A program made the position numbers and the translations under genes. A model generated the notes under the pieces. That model saw nothing but the letters and a program-made list of their open reading frames with translations. It was not told the DNA's origin and made no database searches. Of a stretch of DNA of 64,000 bases, positions 1-9,617 are shown piece after piece. The first letter of the stretch is position 1, and each line of letters starts with the position of its first letter. The DNA is from a virus: the IMG/VR virus record IMGVR_UViG_3300025684_000011, one strand, 5' to 3'.

Positions 1-18
1 AAAGGTCCAAAAGGTAAT

Positions 19-3018
19 ATGGAAGAAGAATTAAAAGAAGCAATTGGTAAATTAACTGATCAGATTGCTAATATGAATAAACAAACAGGCTCAAGACCTG
101 GTGGAAGTCGTGGATCTACTGCACCTAAAGCTGATGCTACTGCTTCGGCAATGGACAAACTAAAAGATGGGGTCAAAGGTACTACTTCAAGTTTAAAGAA
201 AACTGCTGAATCAAACGAAAAACTTATACAAACATCTAAAAAACTTACCTGGGAGCAAAAATCACAAATAAGAGGATTGCAAAATTTTGGTAAAGGATTA
301 CTTGACGGAAGTAAAAAAGGACAAGATTCTTTAAACCAGTTATCCGGAGCTCTAACAAATAGCACAGGAAAAGTTACTAAAGTACTTGGCGCCTTTGCCG
401 CTGGTTTAGGTTTTGCATGGGGAACATTAGAAAACTTTGCAGATGCCGCCAGAAGTGCAAGTGGAGCATTAAACTTAGGTGCAGTTGGTGTTGGCTTAAT
501 GCAAACACAAAGTATGATGTCTGGACTTGGTAAAGAGTTTGCAACTGTTATTAATGAAAGTGGTGGTGGTTTTAAGTTATTAGGAGCAAATACAGAAGAC
601 GCAGTTAAAAACTTATCTCAAATGTCGAGAGCAGTTAGAAACGGTTCTTCTATGATGGGCAACCTTACAAAAGCACATGGAGTTTCTGCAAAGTCAGTTA
701 ACGAAACAGCTAAGTTAACTGCTCAGTTAGGACTTACAGAAAAAGATAGTGCCAGCTTAATGGCCGCTAGTTTAGATGTTGCAAGAAGGTCTGGTGCTTC
801 ACAAGAAACAGCAATGCAGACTGCAATTAAAAGTTATGCTACTACTGCAAAGACAGCTCGAGGATTAAGCGATCAATTTGGTGTTAGTGCCAAGGTAATT
901 ATGCAGGCTTCAATGGCTTTCCAGAAATCTATTTCAGGACAAAGAGCCGCAATGCTTGGAGTAGGAACAGATGCTACTGAAATCCAAGGAGTAATGGGTC
1001 AAATGCTTGGTAATCTAAGCCAAGATCAAAGAGATAGAGCATCAGCCGCAATAGCCTCAGGAAAAATTGGACAAGCTACTCGTATTGCAACTGAAGGTAA
1101 ATCTGGAGCAGAAGCAAGTGCAACTGCTGAAATGATAAGAATGATATCTGAAGCAAATACTGGAAAAGGTGATGGTACAGTTTTACAAGCTCTTAAAGGT
1201 ATGGAAAGTGCTTCCTTGAGGCAATTTGCATTCAGTGAGAACTTTGTGGATCAAAACATGCATGCCGCGGCAGGAATTGGCGCCGCATTTAAACGATTAG
1301 GTGATGATGCAGATAAGTCCGGCAAAGATGCTAAGAAAAATGCAGAAGAAGGTCAAACTACAGAAGCAAAAAACATCCAGTCTCTTACAGAAATGCAAAC
1401 AGCCGTTGATTATGCTAAAGGATCATTTTGGGGTCTAGTAGCAGGCGGAGTTGGATTATTAGGATCATTTGTATCGTTAGCGGCCGCAGGTAGTGCCGCC
1501 GCAATAGCAATGGGTGGTGGAGGCTTAACAGGAATGTTAGGTGGACTTAGCAAAGGACTTAATAAAATAACATCTGGTGCGTTAGGATCATCAGGTAAAG
1601 TAGGCGGAGCAGTATCTGGTGCAACCGGAGGAATGCTTAGTAAAGCAAAAGGATTGTTAGGAATTGGAGCAGGAGGAGCTTCTGCCACTCAATCTGTACC
1701 TGGAATGCCAAGTACTAAAGGAATGTCTACAGCATTAGGAGAAACAAAGAGTCTCGGTAAAATGATTTCAGATACAATGAAAGGTATCGGAACAGGCACA
1801 GCAAAACTCTTTAAAGGAATTAGCGAAGCTATGACATCGTTTGGTAGTGGAATAGCAAACCTTGCTAAAGGAATAGGTAAAGCAATGACATCAATCGGAG
1901 CTGGTGCCGCTAACCTCGGAAGTGGATTAGGTAAAGGAATTGGAAAACTAGTTCAGTATTCATTAGAAGGTATAGGTAAAGGATTAGCCGCAGTATCAAA
2001 TCCAAAATATTTTATTGGAGCCGCAGTATTAGCCGCAGTTGGTGGAGCAATGTGGGTTGCTGGTAAAGCATTCCAACAATTTTCAAACATTAATTGGGGA
2101 GGAGTTATTGCCGGAGGTATTGCATTAGGAGTAGTTACTGCTGGTGCCGCATTAATTGGAGCATCTGGTATGGTTGCACCTATTCTACTTGGAGCAGTAG
2201 CAATTGGAGTTCTTGGAGCCGCATTAATACCATTTGGCTTTGCCGCTAAACTTGCAGGCGAAGGAATGGTAGACTTAGGAAGAGGATTAAGAATAATAGG
2301 TGATGTTCCAATTCCAACATTACTTGCTATAGGTCCTGCATTAGCATTAATGGGAGTTGGTTTAGCCGCACTTTCAGCCGCTGGTGCAGTAAGTTCTTTA
2401 TTAGGAGCATTCCAAGATGAAGGACCAATTGATAAAATTGTAAAAATTGCCAAAGCCGCACCAGGTGTTGAACTAATGGCTAAGTCTTTAAGAACATTTG
2501 GTATTAACATAATGGTCTTTAACAAAGGACTTGAAGGTTTAAGTATGACAGCATTAGATGCTTTAGAAGACTTTAATGACGTTGCAAGTAATATATCACA
2601 ATCTTCTGTAACTGCAATGGCAGATTTAGCAGTAGCAACTTCGTTACTTGGATTTAATATAAAAGATATAGATTGGAATCAATTAGTTTTACCAGTAGAC
2701 ATTGGTGAAAGATATCATAATTTAGCAGAAGGAATGGTAGCAACTGCTGAAGCAATGGATAAGATGCCTAAGCCAGGTATGTGGGACACTATTGTTGCAG
2801 GTGTAGGCAACTTGTTTGGAGTAAATGGTGGAGCACAAGGTAGCTTGACTGAGTCAGTTCAGAAAGAAAGAACCACAACTACAACATACAGCGATGGATC
2901 TGTTGATACAAATATAGAGATGATTACAGTTCTTAAGTCTATTGACGGACATATGGGCAAAGTTACTCAGAATACTAAGAAAGAAGTAACTGTAACAGCA
3001 CCTCGCTTTGGTAGTTAA
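19..3018 (+). CDS. Tape-measure-like tail protein
   Basis: 999 aa, Ala/Gly-rich helical low-complexity protein with 11-residue-like periodicity and several hydrophobic segments in the C-terminal half; lies in a virion gene cluster. Confidence 0.6.
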   Translation: MEEELKEAIGKLTDQIANMNKQTGSRPGGSRGSTAPKADATASAMDKLKDGVKGTTSSLKKTAESNEKLIQTSKKLTWEQKSQIRGLQNFGKGLLDGSKKGQDSLNQLSGALTNSTGKVTKVLGAFAAGLGFAWGTLENFADAARSASGALNLGAVGVGLMQTQSMMSGLGKEFATVINESGGGFKLLGANTEDAVKNLSQMSRAVRNGSSMMGNLTKAHGVSAKSVNETAKLTAQLGLTEKDSASLMAASLDVARRSGASQETAMQTAIKSYATTAKTARGLSDQFGVSAKVIMQASMAFQKSISGQRAAMLGVGTDATEIQGVMGQMLGNLSQDQRDRASAAIASGKIGQATRIATEGKSGAEASATAEMIRMISEANTGKGDGTVLQALKGMESASLRQFAFSENFVDQNMHAAAGIGAAFKRLGDDADKSGKDAKKNAEEGQTTEAKNIQSLTEMQTAVDYAKGSFWGLVAGGVGLLGSFVSLAAAGSAAAIAMGGGGLTGMLGGLSKGLNKITSGALGSSGKVGGAVSGATGGMLSKAKGLLGIGAGGASATQSVPGMPSTKGMSTALGETKSLGKMISDTMKGIGTGTAKLFKGISEAMTSFGSGIANLAKGIGKAMTSIGAGAANLGSGLGKGIGKLVQYSLEGIGKGLAAVSNPKYFIGAAVLAAVGGAMWVAGKAFQQFSNINWGGVIAGGIALGVVTAGAALIGASGMVAPILLGAVAIGVLGAALIPFGFAAKLAGEGMVDLGRGLRIIGDVPIPTLLAIGPALALMGVGLAALSAAGAVSSLLGAFQDEGPIDKIVKIAKAAPGVELMAKSLRTFGINIMVFNKGLEGLSMTALDALEDFNDVASNISQSSVTAMADLAVATSLLGFNIKDIDWNQLVLPVDIGERYHNLAEGMVATAEAMDKMPKPGMWDTIVAGVGNLFGVNGGAQGSLTESVQKERTTTTTYSDGSVDTNIEMITVLKSIDGHMGKVTQNTKKEVTVTAPRFGS

Positions 3019-3035
3019 GTATTAATATAAAAAGG

Positions 3036-3041
3036 TAAGTA
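3036..3041 (+). promoter_or_regulatory. T4-late-like promoter box TAAGTA; portal ATG follows after 5 nt
   Basis: Representative of a recurrent TAA(A/G)TA motif upstream of structural genes (also 4718, 5047, 8865, 9100, 15673, 18261, 26573, 27973, 31035, 33206, 38133, 49493, 53621, 59234, 60015). Confidence 0.6.
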
Positions 3042-3046
3042 ATAGT

Positions 3047-4711
3047 ATGGCATCATGGAAAAAACATTTTAAGATATGGGATCCCCAAGCTGAACAGACT
3101 AATAATGGTCCAAGACATCAGGGAGGTAGTTCATCTAAGTTCGCTAGTTGGCTACAAGACGTGTACACAGGGCAACCTAACAGAGTTGAACGTTATAGTC
3201 AGTATGATCAAATGGATCAAGACTCAGAAGTTAATGCGGCCCTAGATACAATTACAGAATTTTGTACTCAGGAGGATCCTTTAACACATCTTCCTTTTGC
3301 TTTAAGATGGTCCTCAGACCCAACACCAAGTGAAAATACAACTATTAATGAAACACTTAAAAAATGGTGTGCTATTAACGGATTTGATCAAAAACTATTT
3401 AGAACTTTTAGAAGTGCTATTAAGTTTGGAGATCACTTCTTTTTACGTGATCCGGAAACATTTGAATTATATTGGGTAAATCCAGGTGATGTTAAAAGAG
3501 CAGTAATTAACGAAGCTGAAGGTCGTAAAGTTGAACAGTATGTTATTAGTAACTTACACCCTAACTTAGGAGCAAAAGTAGCAACTAAGCCAATTGAAAG
3601 TGTTCAATCAATGGCCAATGCAGTACAAGCAGGACCAAACAATCAATATAGCGTTTCAAATAGTGCTTATAAAAGTGGTAACACAGGAACCGAAGTTACA
3701 GTTGATGCAAAAGATATAATTCATATTAGTTTAAGCGAAGGATTAGATGCTAACTGGCCTTTTGGAGCAAGTATACTTGATAGTGTTTTTAAAATTTATA
3801 AACAAAAAGAATTATTAGAAGATGCGATTATCATTTATCGTGTACAAAGAGCACCAGAACGTAGAGTGTTTTATATTGATACAGGTAATTTACCTAGTCA
3901 TCAAGCAATGGGATTTCTTGAAAGAGTTAAAAACGAAATACACCAAAGACGTATTCCTACTAGATCAGGTGGTGGTACTACTATGGATGCAAGTTACAAT
4001 CCTTTGAGCATTATGGAAGACTTTTTCTTTGCTCAATCAGCTGACGGTAGAGGAAGTAAAGTTGAAGTATTACCGGGTGGAACAAACTTAGGTGAAATTG
4101 ACGATTTAAAATTCTTTTCAAACAAATTAATGAGAGGTTTAAGAATTCCTAGTAGTTATATGCCTACTGGACCTGACGATAGTGCAGTTCAATTAACAGA
4201 TGGTCGTGTAGGAACAGCATTAATTCAAGAATATCGCTTTAATAGATACTGTCAGAGACTCCAAGGTTTAATTATGCCTATGCTATCTAAAGAGTTTAAA
4301 ACTTTTGTAAAGCATAGGGGCATTAATGTAGATACATCTTCTTTTGAGATTGACATGCTAGAGCCTCAAAACTTTAGTGATTATAGACAAATTGAAGTTA
4401 ACAATGCAAGGGCTAGTGTGTTTACACAATTAGCAGAAGTACCTTACATGAGTCATAGATTTAAGTTACAAAAGTTCTTAGGTTTAACTGATGCAGAGTT
4501 ACTTGAAAATGAAAAACTTTGGTTAGAAGAAAATAAAAATCCAACACCAACTGAAAGTGACGAAGAAGCTGGATTTGGTGATATTGGTGGCGGTGCCGGC
4601 GGTGGCGGACTAAGTGATGGTGATATGGACTTTGCCGATGACTTAGAAAATGCAGAACCAGCCGCAGACGATGGTGGCGGTGAATCTGCACCTACAGAAC
4701 CAGAAGCATAA
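3047..4711 (+). CDS. Portal protein (T4 gp20-like)
   Basis: Motifs LLEDAIIIYRVQRAPERRVFYIDTGNLP, EDFFF...GRGSKVEVLPGG and LRIPSSY typical of T4-like portals; acidic C-terminal tail. Confidence 0.95.
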   Translation: MASWKKHFKIWDPQAEQTNNGPRHQGGSSSKFASWLQDVYTGQPNRVERYSQYDQMDQDSEVNAALDTITEFCTQEDPLTHLPFALRWSSDPTPSENTTINETLKKWCAINGFDQKLFRTFRSAIKFGDHFFLRDPETFELYWVNPGDVKRAVINEAEGRKVEQYVISNLHPNLGAKVATKPIESVQSMANAVQAGPNNQYSVSNSAYKSGNTGTEVTVDAKDIIHISLSEGLDANWPFGASILDSVFKIYKQKELLEDAIIIYRVQRAPERRVFYIDTGNLPSHQAMGFLERVKNEIHQRRIPTRSGGGTTMDASYNPLSIMEDFFFAQSADGRGSKVEVLPGGTNLGEIDDLKFFSNKLMRGLRIPSSYMPTGPDDSAVQLTDGRVGTALIQEYRFNRYCQRLQGLIMPMLSKEFKTFVKHRGINVDTSSFEIDMLEPQNFSDYRQIEVNNARASVFTQLAEVPYMSHRFKLQKFLGLTDAELLENEKLWLEENKNPTPTESDEEAGFGDIGGGAGGGGLSDGDMDFADDLENAEPAADDGGGESAPTEPEA

Positions 4712-4728
4712 AAGGAATAAGTAAAGTT

Positions 4729-4935
4729 ATGAGATTTAATGACTTAACAAGAATACAAGATGAAATCGAAGAAGAGATCGATCCTGAGGTAGCATTCTAT
4801 TCCGACATGCGTAGACACCGTATGACTTTAGAACATGTTAACAGGTTGCGTAAACTTCGTGAACTAAGGAAATACGAGCAAAAAACAAGACTTGAAGCCA
4901 TTACTAAAATGTATCAACGTCCTCCTGCAGTTTAG
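4729..4935 (+). CDS. Small head-module protein, function unknown
   Basis: 68 aa ORF between portal and core genes, acidic N-terminus and basic C-terminus, own late-like box. Confidence 0.7.
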   Translation: MRFNDLTRIQDEIEEEIDPEVAFYSDMRRHRMTLEHVNRLRKLRELRKYEQKTRLEAITKMYQRPPAV

Positions 4936-5096
4936 CAATATTCTTTAAAAATATTAGATTTTCATTAATAATAAGCCGGTTTGTAAAAATTGTGCCAAAA
5001 AGTACAGTTTTTACCCTATAACTACGGCTTTTTCATGCGTCATTAGTAAGTACTTATTGGTGAATACCCGCCTTTCGCGATAAGGAGAAAAAGAAT

Positions 5097-5813
5097 ATGA
5101 CAACAGTACTTGAACAGGCACTTGAGCACCTCTTGAATAAAGAAGAGGACAAAGCAAGTAGCCTTTTACATGATTACTATGTTGGTATTGGTCGTAAAGT
5201 CTATGAAGACATTATGTCCGACGATACTAATTTAGAAGAAGAAATCGAAGATATTGATGCCGCAGTTGATGAAGTTGAATCTGATTTAACTGAAGAGGGT
5301 GACGATATTGAGGCAGAAATGGATGCTATTGATGCAGACGCAGACGCCGCAGAAATTGCAACAGATATGGATGCTGATGAAGCACCTGTATCATCTGATG
5401 CCGCTGACGTTGCTGATGCAATGGTTGACGTAGAAGCCGCACTAGCTAACCTAAAAGCAGAATTTGAAGACATGCTAACAGGTGGTGACGCAGAAGCACC
5501 AGCAGAAGAAGAAATGCCAGAAGAAAGTGTACAATTTGAAGAAAAAGAAGAAAGCCTCGATGAAGCTGATTCTGAAGAGCAAATTGACGAAGCGGCAGAA
5601 CTTAAATTAGCACAGAAGCCAGATATGGCCGACCATGCAGACAATAAAGCAAGCCCAGTCGCTAAGAAAAATGACATGGGTGGTAAAGCAGTTAACATGG
5701 CAGGTGGATCTGCAGAAGGTGTAGCATCTGGAACAACTCCAGCTAAAGCTCCAGCTTCACAGGAACTACCACATGGAACTACTGAGCCAGCAATGAGCCA
5801 GGTAAAGGGTTAA
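5097..5813 (+). CDS. Acidic prohead core protein (gp67-like)
   Basis: Helical N-terminus followed by a long Asp/Glu-rich region; directly upstream of the prohead protease; SD TAAGGAG. Confidence 0.65.
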   Translation: MTTVLEQALEHLLNKEEDKASSLLHDYYVGIGRKVYEDIMSDDTNLEEEIEDIDAAVDEVESDLTEEGDDIEAEMDAIDADADAAEIATDMDADEAPVSSDAADVADAMVDVEAALANLKAEFEDMLTGGDAEAPAEEEMPEESVQFEEKEESLDEADSEEQIDEAAELKLAQKPDMADHADNKASPVAKKNDMGGKAVNMAGGSAEGVASGTTPAKAPASQELPHGTTEPAMSQVKG

Positions 5814-5817
5814 TAAG

Positions 5818-6456
5818 ATGAACTTACAACCATTAACAGAAAGACTATCATTCGACCAAGCGAATCTCGTTGTCGAAATGGCAGAGAATCAGGATGGTGG
5901 TAAGGATCTCTACATGAAAGGGATTTTCATACAAGGTGATAAAAAGAATCATAACGAAAGAGTTTATCCAGCAGATGAAATTTCTCGGGCAGTAGAGAGC
6001 ATTAGTCAAAGACTAGCAGATGGCTTTTCAGTATTAGGCGAAGCAGATCATCCAGATGATTTACAGGTTAACATCGACCGTGTCAGTCATATGGTTACAA
6101 AAATGTGGATGCAAGGTTCCGATGGATATGGACAATTAAAAATTATTCCAACTCCAATGGGAAACATTATTAAAACATTACTAGAAAGCAAAGTAAAACT
6201 AGGAGTAAGTTCTAGAGGATCCGGGAATGTAGGCAACGGTGGAAACGTTTCAGATTTTGAAATTGTTACTGTTGATGTTGTAGCACAACCGAGTGCCCCT
6301 GATGCTTATCCAACTCCAATTTACGAAAGAGTTATGCTAGACAGAAGACGAGCCGCTCTTATGGATGTAGCCCTAGCGACGACTTACGATAAGTCCGCAC
6401 AAAAGCACCTTGAAATTGAGGTACTTAGATTCCTTGAGAATCTTAAAAAAGTCTGA
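5818..6456 (+). CDS. Prohead core protease (T4 gp21-like)
   Basis: GIFIQG..N.N.RVYP, LGEADHP, VSH, LGVSSRGSG and DVVAQPSAPDAY motifs. Confidence 0.95.
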   Translation: MNLQPLTERLSFDQANLVVEMAENQDGGKDLYMKGIFIQGDKKNHNERVYPADEISRAVESISQRLADGFSVLGEADHPDDLQVNIDRVSHMVTKMWMQGSDGYGQLKIIPTPMGNIIKTLLESKVKLGVSSRGSGNVGNGGNVSDFEIVTVDVVAQPSAPDAYPTPIYERVMLDRRRAALMDVALATTYDKSAQKHLEIEVLRFLENLKKV

Positions 6457-6467
6457 GGAGACAAATT

Positions 6468-7583
6468 ATGAGTAATGAAAACTTTACAGATTTGCTCGGC
6501 TCTGTAACATTGTCTGAAGAGGTGCGTGATAATATCAACACCGCTTGGGATCAAAAACAGATTGAAACTCGTGAAGAAGTAACAGCAGAACTCCGTGAGG
6601 AATTTGCAACACGATATGAGCACGATAAAGGTCAACTCGTTGAAGCAATGGATAAATTGATTCAAGATACCATTTCTGGTGCTAGTGACGAGTTCAAGAA
6701 ACTACATGAAGATACTAAACAATCTCGTGTAAAATATGCTACTAAGATTAGTGAAGATGCGAAACTTCTACAAAAATTTGTTATGGAAACATTAGCAAAA
6801 GAAGTTAGTGAACTTAAATCTGATCGAGCCGCACAAAAAGAAAATTTTAAAGGCTTAGAAGAATTTGCCCTACGCAAATTAACTAATGAGCTTTCAGAGT
6901 TACACGAAGACCACAAACAATTAGTTGAAGCTCGTGTTAAACTAATTTCAGAAGGTCGTACTGCTATCGAAGAAGCAAGATCGCAATTTATTAAGAAAGC
7001 AAGTGAAAAGGTTAACAGCCTTGTAACTGAATCTTTTAAAACTGAATTGTCCTCGCTTAAAACTGATATCCGTGAAGCAAAAGAAAACAACTTTGGACGT
7101 AAAATTATGGAGGCTTTTGCCGCTGAATTTATGTCAAGTAAGTTTGCAGATGGAACAGCAGTAAGTGATCTTAATGGAAAAATTACTGAGATGGAAGTAA
7201 AATTAGCAAAAGCACATAAAGCTATTGCTGATAAAGAACATCTCATTACCGAATCAAATCGTTTACAGCGCCTAGCGGAAGATAAAATGACTAGATCTCG
7301 TATTATGCAAGAACTAAATGCTCCTTTATCAAAAGATAAAAGAGTTATTATGGATGAATTACTTGAGACAACTCCAACAAGTAAACTCAATGAAGCATTC
7401 CAAAAGTACTTGCCATCAGTTCTTAACGAAGAGGTCCGTAGAGACAAGAAAGTTATCGTTGAGGGTCAACAATCACAGAAGACTGTGGTTACCGGAAACA
7501 AACCAGCAAATAACGTAGACGAAGCACCAGTTGATGAAGTTGATTCAACTATTGCAGATCTTCGTAAACTAGCTGGACTCTAA
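6468..7583 (+). CDS. Prohead scaffolding protein (T4 gp22-like)
   Basis: Long coiled-coil Glu/Lys-rich protein between protease and capsid genes; GRKIMEAFAAEF. Confidence 0.85.
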   Translation: MSNENFTDLLGSVTLSEEVRDNINTAWDQKQIETREEVTAELREEFATRYEHDKGQLVEAMDKLIQDTISGASDEFKKLHEDTKQSRVKYATKISEDAKLLQKFVMETLAKEVSELKSDRAAQKENFKGLEEFALRKLTNELSELHEDHKQLVEARVKLISEGRTAIEEARSQFIKKASEKVNSLVTESFKTELSSLKTDIREAKENNFGRKIMEAFAAEFMSSKFADGTAVSDLNGKITEMEVKLAKAHKAIADKEHLITESNRLQRLAEDKMTRSRIMQELNAPLSKDKRVIMDELLETTPTSKLNEAFQKYLPSVLNEEVRRDKKVIVEGQQSQKTVVTGNKPANNVDEAPVDEVDSTIADLRKLAGL

Positions 7584-7599
7584 AGAAGGAGACATTAAA

Positions 7600-8799
7600 A
7601 TGTCACAAGCTCTTTTTGAAGCTAAAAATTGGTCCGCAACTAAAGACGCCTTAACTGAAGGTCTTAACGGACAACGTAAAACTACAATGGAAGTTTGCTT
7701 AGAAAATACTAAAAGGTATTTGGCTGAGACAGCAACCACTGGTGCAACAGCATCTGGAAACGTAGCAGTACTTAACAAAGTAATTCTACCAGTAATCAGA
7801 CGTGTTATGCCAACAACCATCGCTAACGAATTAGTCGGTGTTCAACCTATGCAGGGACCTGTTTCTCAGATTCATACACTTCGTGTACGTTATGCTGAGG
7901 CAGCCGCCGCTTCTACAGCCGCAGACGGTGTAGTTGGTGCAGAGGTTGTTGCTGGTGATGAAGCATTATCACCATTTGCTATTGCTAACCAGTACTCAGG
8001 TGGTGCTGATGGTAAAGCAGACGCAACTGCTACTAAAGAGGGAACTGGTGGAAACAAAATGTCAATCCAGATCCTTAAAGAAACTGTAGAAGCTAAATCC
8101 AGAAAGCTATCAGCTCGTTGGACATTTGAAGCCGCTCAGGACGCACAAGCCATTCATGGTGTTGACGTTGAAGCTGAAATCATGGCCGCACTTGCTCAAG
8201 AAATTACTGCTGAAATTGACCAGGAAGTTATCCAGTCATTAACAGCACTTTCCGGATCTGCATTTGGTACATATGACCAAGCCGCAGTAAGTGGTACAGC
8301 TAACTTCGTAGGTGACGAGCATGCCGCTCTTGCAGTTCTAATTAACAGAGCCGCTAACGACATTGCTTCACGCACAAGACGTGGTGCAGGTAACTACATT
8401 GTTGTAAGCCCAACAGCTTTAACAATTCTACAATCTGCTACAACTTCAGCATTCGCTAGAACAACTGAAGGAACTTTTGAAGCACCAACAAATACTAAGT
8501 TTGTTGGAACACTTAACAGCTCAGTAAGAGTATACGTTAACCACTACAGTGGTGACGCGGCTCCTGTATTGATTGGTTATAAAGGTGCAAATGAAATGGA
8601 TGCTCCAGCATTCTATTGCCCATACATTCCATTGATGAGCTCAGGTGTTGTATTAGATCCTAACACATTCGAGCCAACTGTCAGCTTTATGACACGTTAC
8701 GGATATGTTGAGCTTTCTAACACAGCTTCATCTCTTGGTAACGCGGCTGATTATGTTAATAACATTGCAATCACAAGCGGTAACCTTTCTTTCATCTAG
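7600..8799 (+). CDS. Major capsid protein (T4 gp23-like)
   Basis: IRRVMP..IA.ELVGVQPMQGP, VEAKSRKLSARWTFEAAQD, EITAEIDQE, FYCPYIPL and FMTRYG motifs. Confidence 0.97.
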   Translation: MSQALFEAKNWSATKDALTEGLNGQRKTTMEVCLENTKRYLAETATTGATASGNVAVLNKVILPVIRRVMPTTIANELVGVQPMQGPVSQIHTLRVRYAEAAAASTAADGVVGAEVVAGDEALSPFAIANQYSGGADGKADATATKEGTGGNKMSIQILKETVEAKSRKLSARWTFEAAQDAQAIHGVDVEAEIMAALAQEITAEIDQEVIQSLTALSGSAFGTYDQAAVSGTANFVGDEHAALAVLINRAANDIASRTRRGAGNYIVVSPTALTILQSATTSAFARTTEGTFEAPTNTKFVGTLNSSVRVYVNHYSGDAAPVLIGYKGANEMDAPAFYCPYIPLMSSGVVLDPNTFEPTVSFMTRYGYVELSNTASSLGNAADYVNNIAITSGNLSFI

Positions 8800-8826
8800 T
8801 CCTAGACTAAGCGAAGAAAAAAAATT

Positions 8827-8862
8827 AAGCAGGGCTAGTTTTACTAGCTCTGCTTTTTCTTT
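8827..8862 (+). terminator. Rho-independent terminator after capsid gene
   Basis: AAGCAGGGCTAGT-TTT-ACTAGCTCTGCTT stem followed by a T-tract. Confidence 0.85.
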
Positions 8863-8875
8863 GATAAATATTTCT

Positions 8876-9082
8876 ATGTTAGCATCTATGAAAGACAGAT
8901 TATCAAGAGCAAAAATTTGTCATGAGTGCGAGTTTTATACTAGATTTACAAAGCAATGCAAAGAGTGCGGTTGCTTGATCAACTTAAAAATATCATTTTC
9001 TCAAACTTCATGTCCAGTAGGTAAATGGAAATCAGTTGAAAATGGTAGTCAAACTAATTTAATTAAAAATTTTATCTCTTAA
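8876..9082 (+). CDS. Small Cys-rich putative metal-binding protein
   Basis: CHEC..CKECGC..CPVGKW pattern; start moved to ATG 8876, 5 nt after TAAATA. Confidence 0.7.
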   Translation: MLASMKDRLSRAKICHECEFYTRFTKQCKECGCLINLKISFSQTSCPVGKWKSVENGSQTNLIKNFIS

Positions 9083-9130
9083 AAAATTAACTCAAACGGT
9101 AAATAGCATGAAGAACATGGGAGATTTATT

Positions 9131-9616
9131 ATGCCTAAATTAAGCACATATGACGACAGTGGATTTGATACATCTATTAGTATTAAAAGCAAAAATAAAC
9201 TAGCTACAAGCGATAGCCTAGCAATGGTTGCAGGCGATAACAGAAATGTTACAATAGATGTTGCCGCAAGCAGAGCGGCCACTGATAATGCCGCCGCAGT
9301 AACTACTGCCGGAGGAGCTGAAACAACTATTAAGAATACCAACGAGAATTGGGTAAACAGTAAATGGAGACCTATGATGGGTTGGGTATACATGGGAACA
9401 TGTATTTTTGATTTTATATTAGCACCAATTGGTTGGGGAATACTACAAACAATGGGAGCAGGGTCCGGAGGACAAGTAGCAGTACAATGGGCTCCTCTAA
9501 CATTACAAGGAGCAGGACTTTATCATGTTGCAATGGGTGCCGTTATTGGTGTAACAGCATTTGGTAGAACTAAAGAAAAGACTACAGCAACATCTGCATT
9601 AGGAAAACTAAAGTAA
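9131..9616 (+). CDS. Holin-like membrane protein (3TM/GTA-holin-like)
   Basis: WRPMMGWVY motif, hydrophobic helices, FGRTKEK-type basic C-terminus. Confidence 0.6.
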   Translation: MPKLSTYDDSGFDTSISIKSKNKLATSDSLAMVAGDNRNVTIDVAASRAATDNAAAVTTAGGAETTIKNTNENWVNSKWRPMMGWVYMGTCIFDFILAPIGWGILQTMGAGSGGQVAVQWAPLTLQGAGLYHVAMGAVIGVTAFGRTKEKTTATSALGKLK

Positions 9617-9617
9617 T

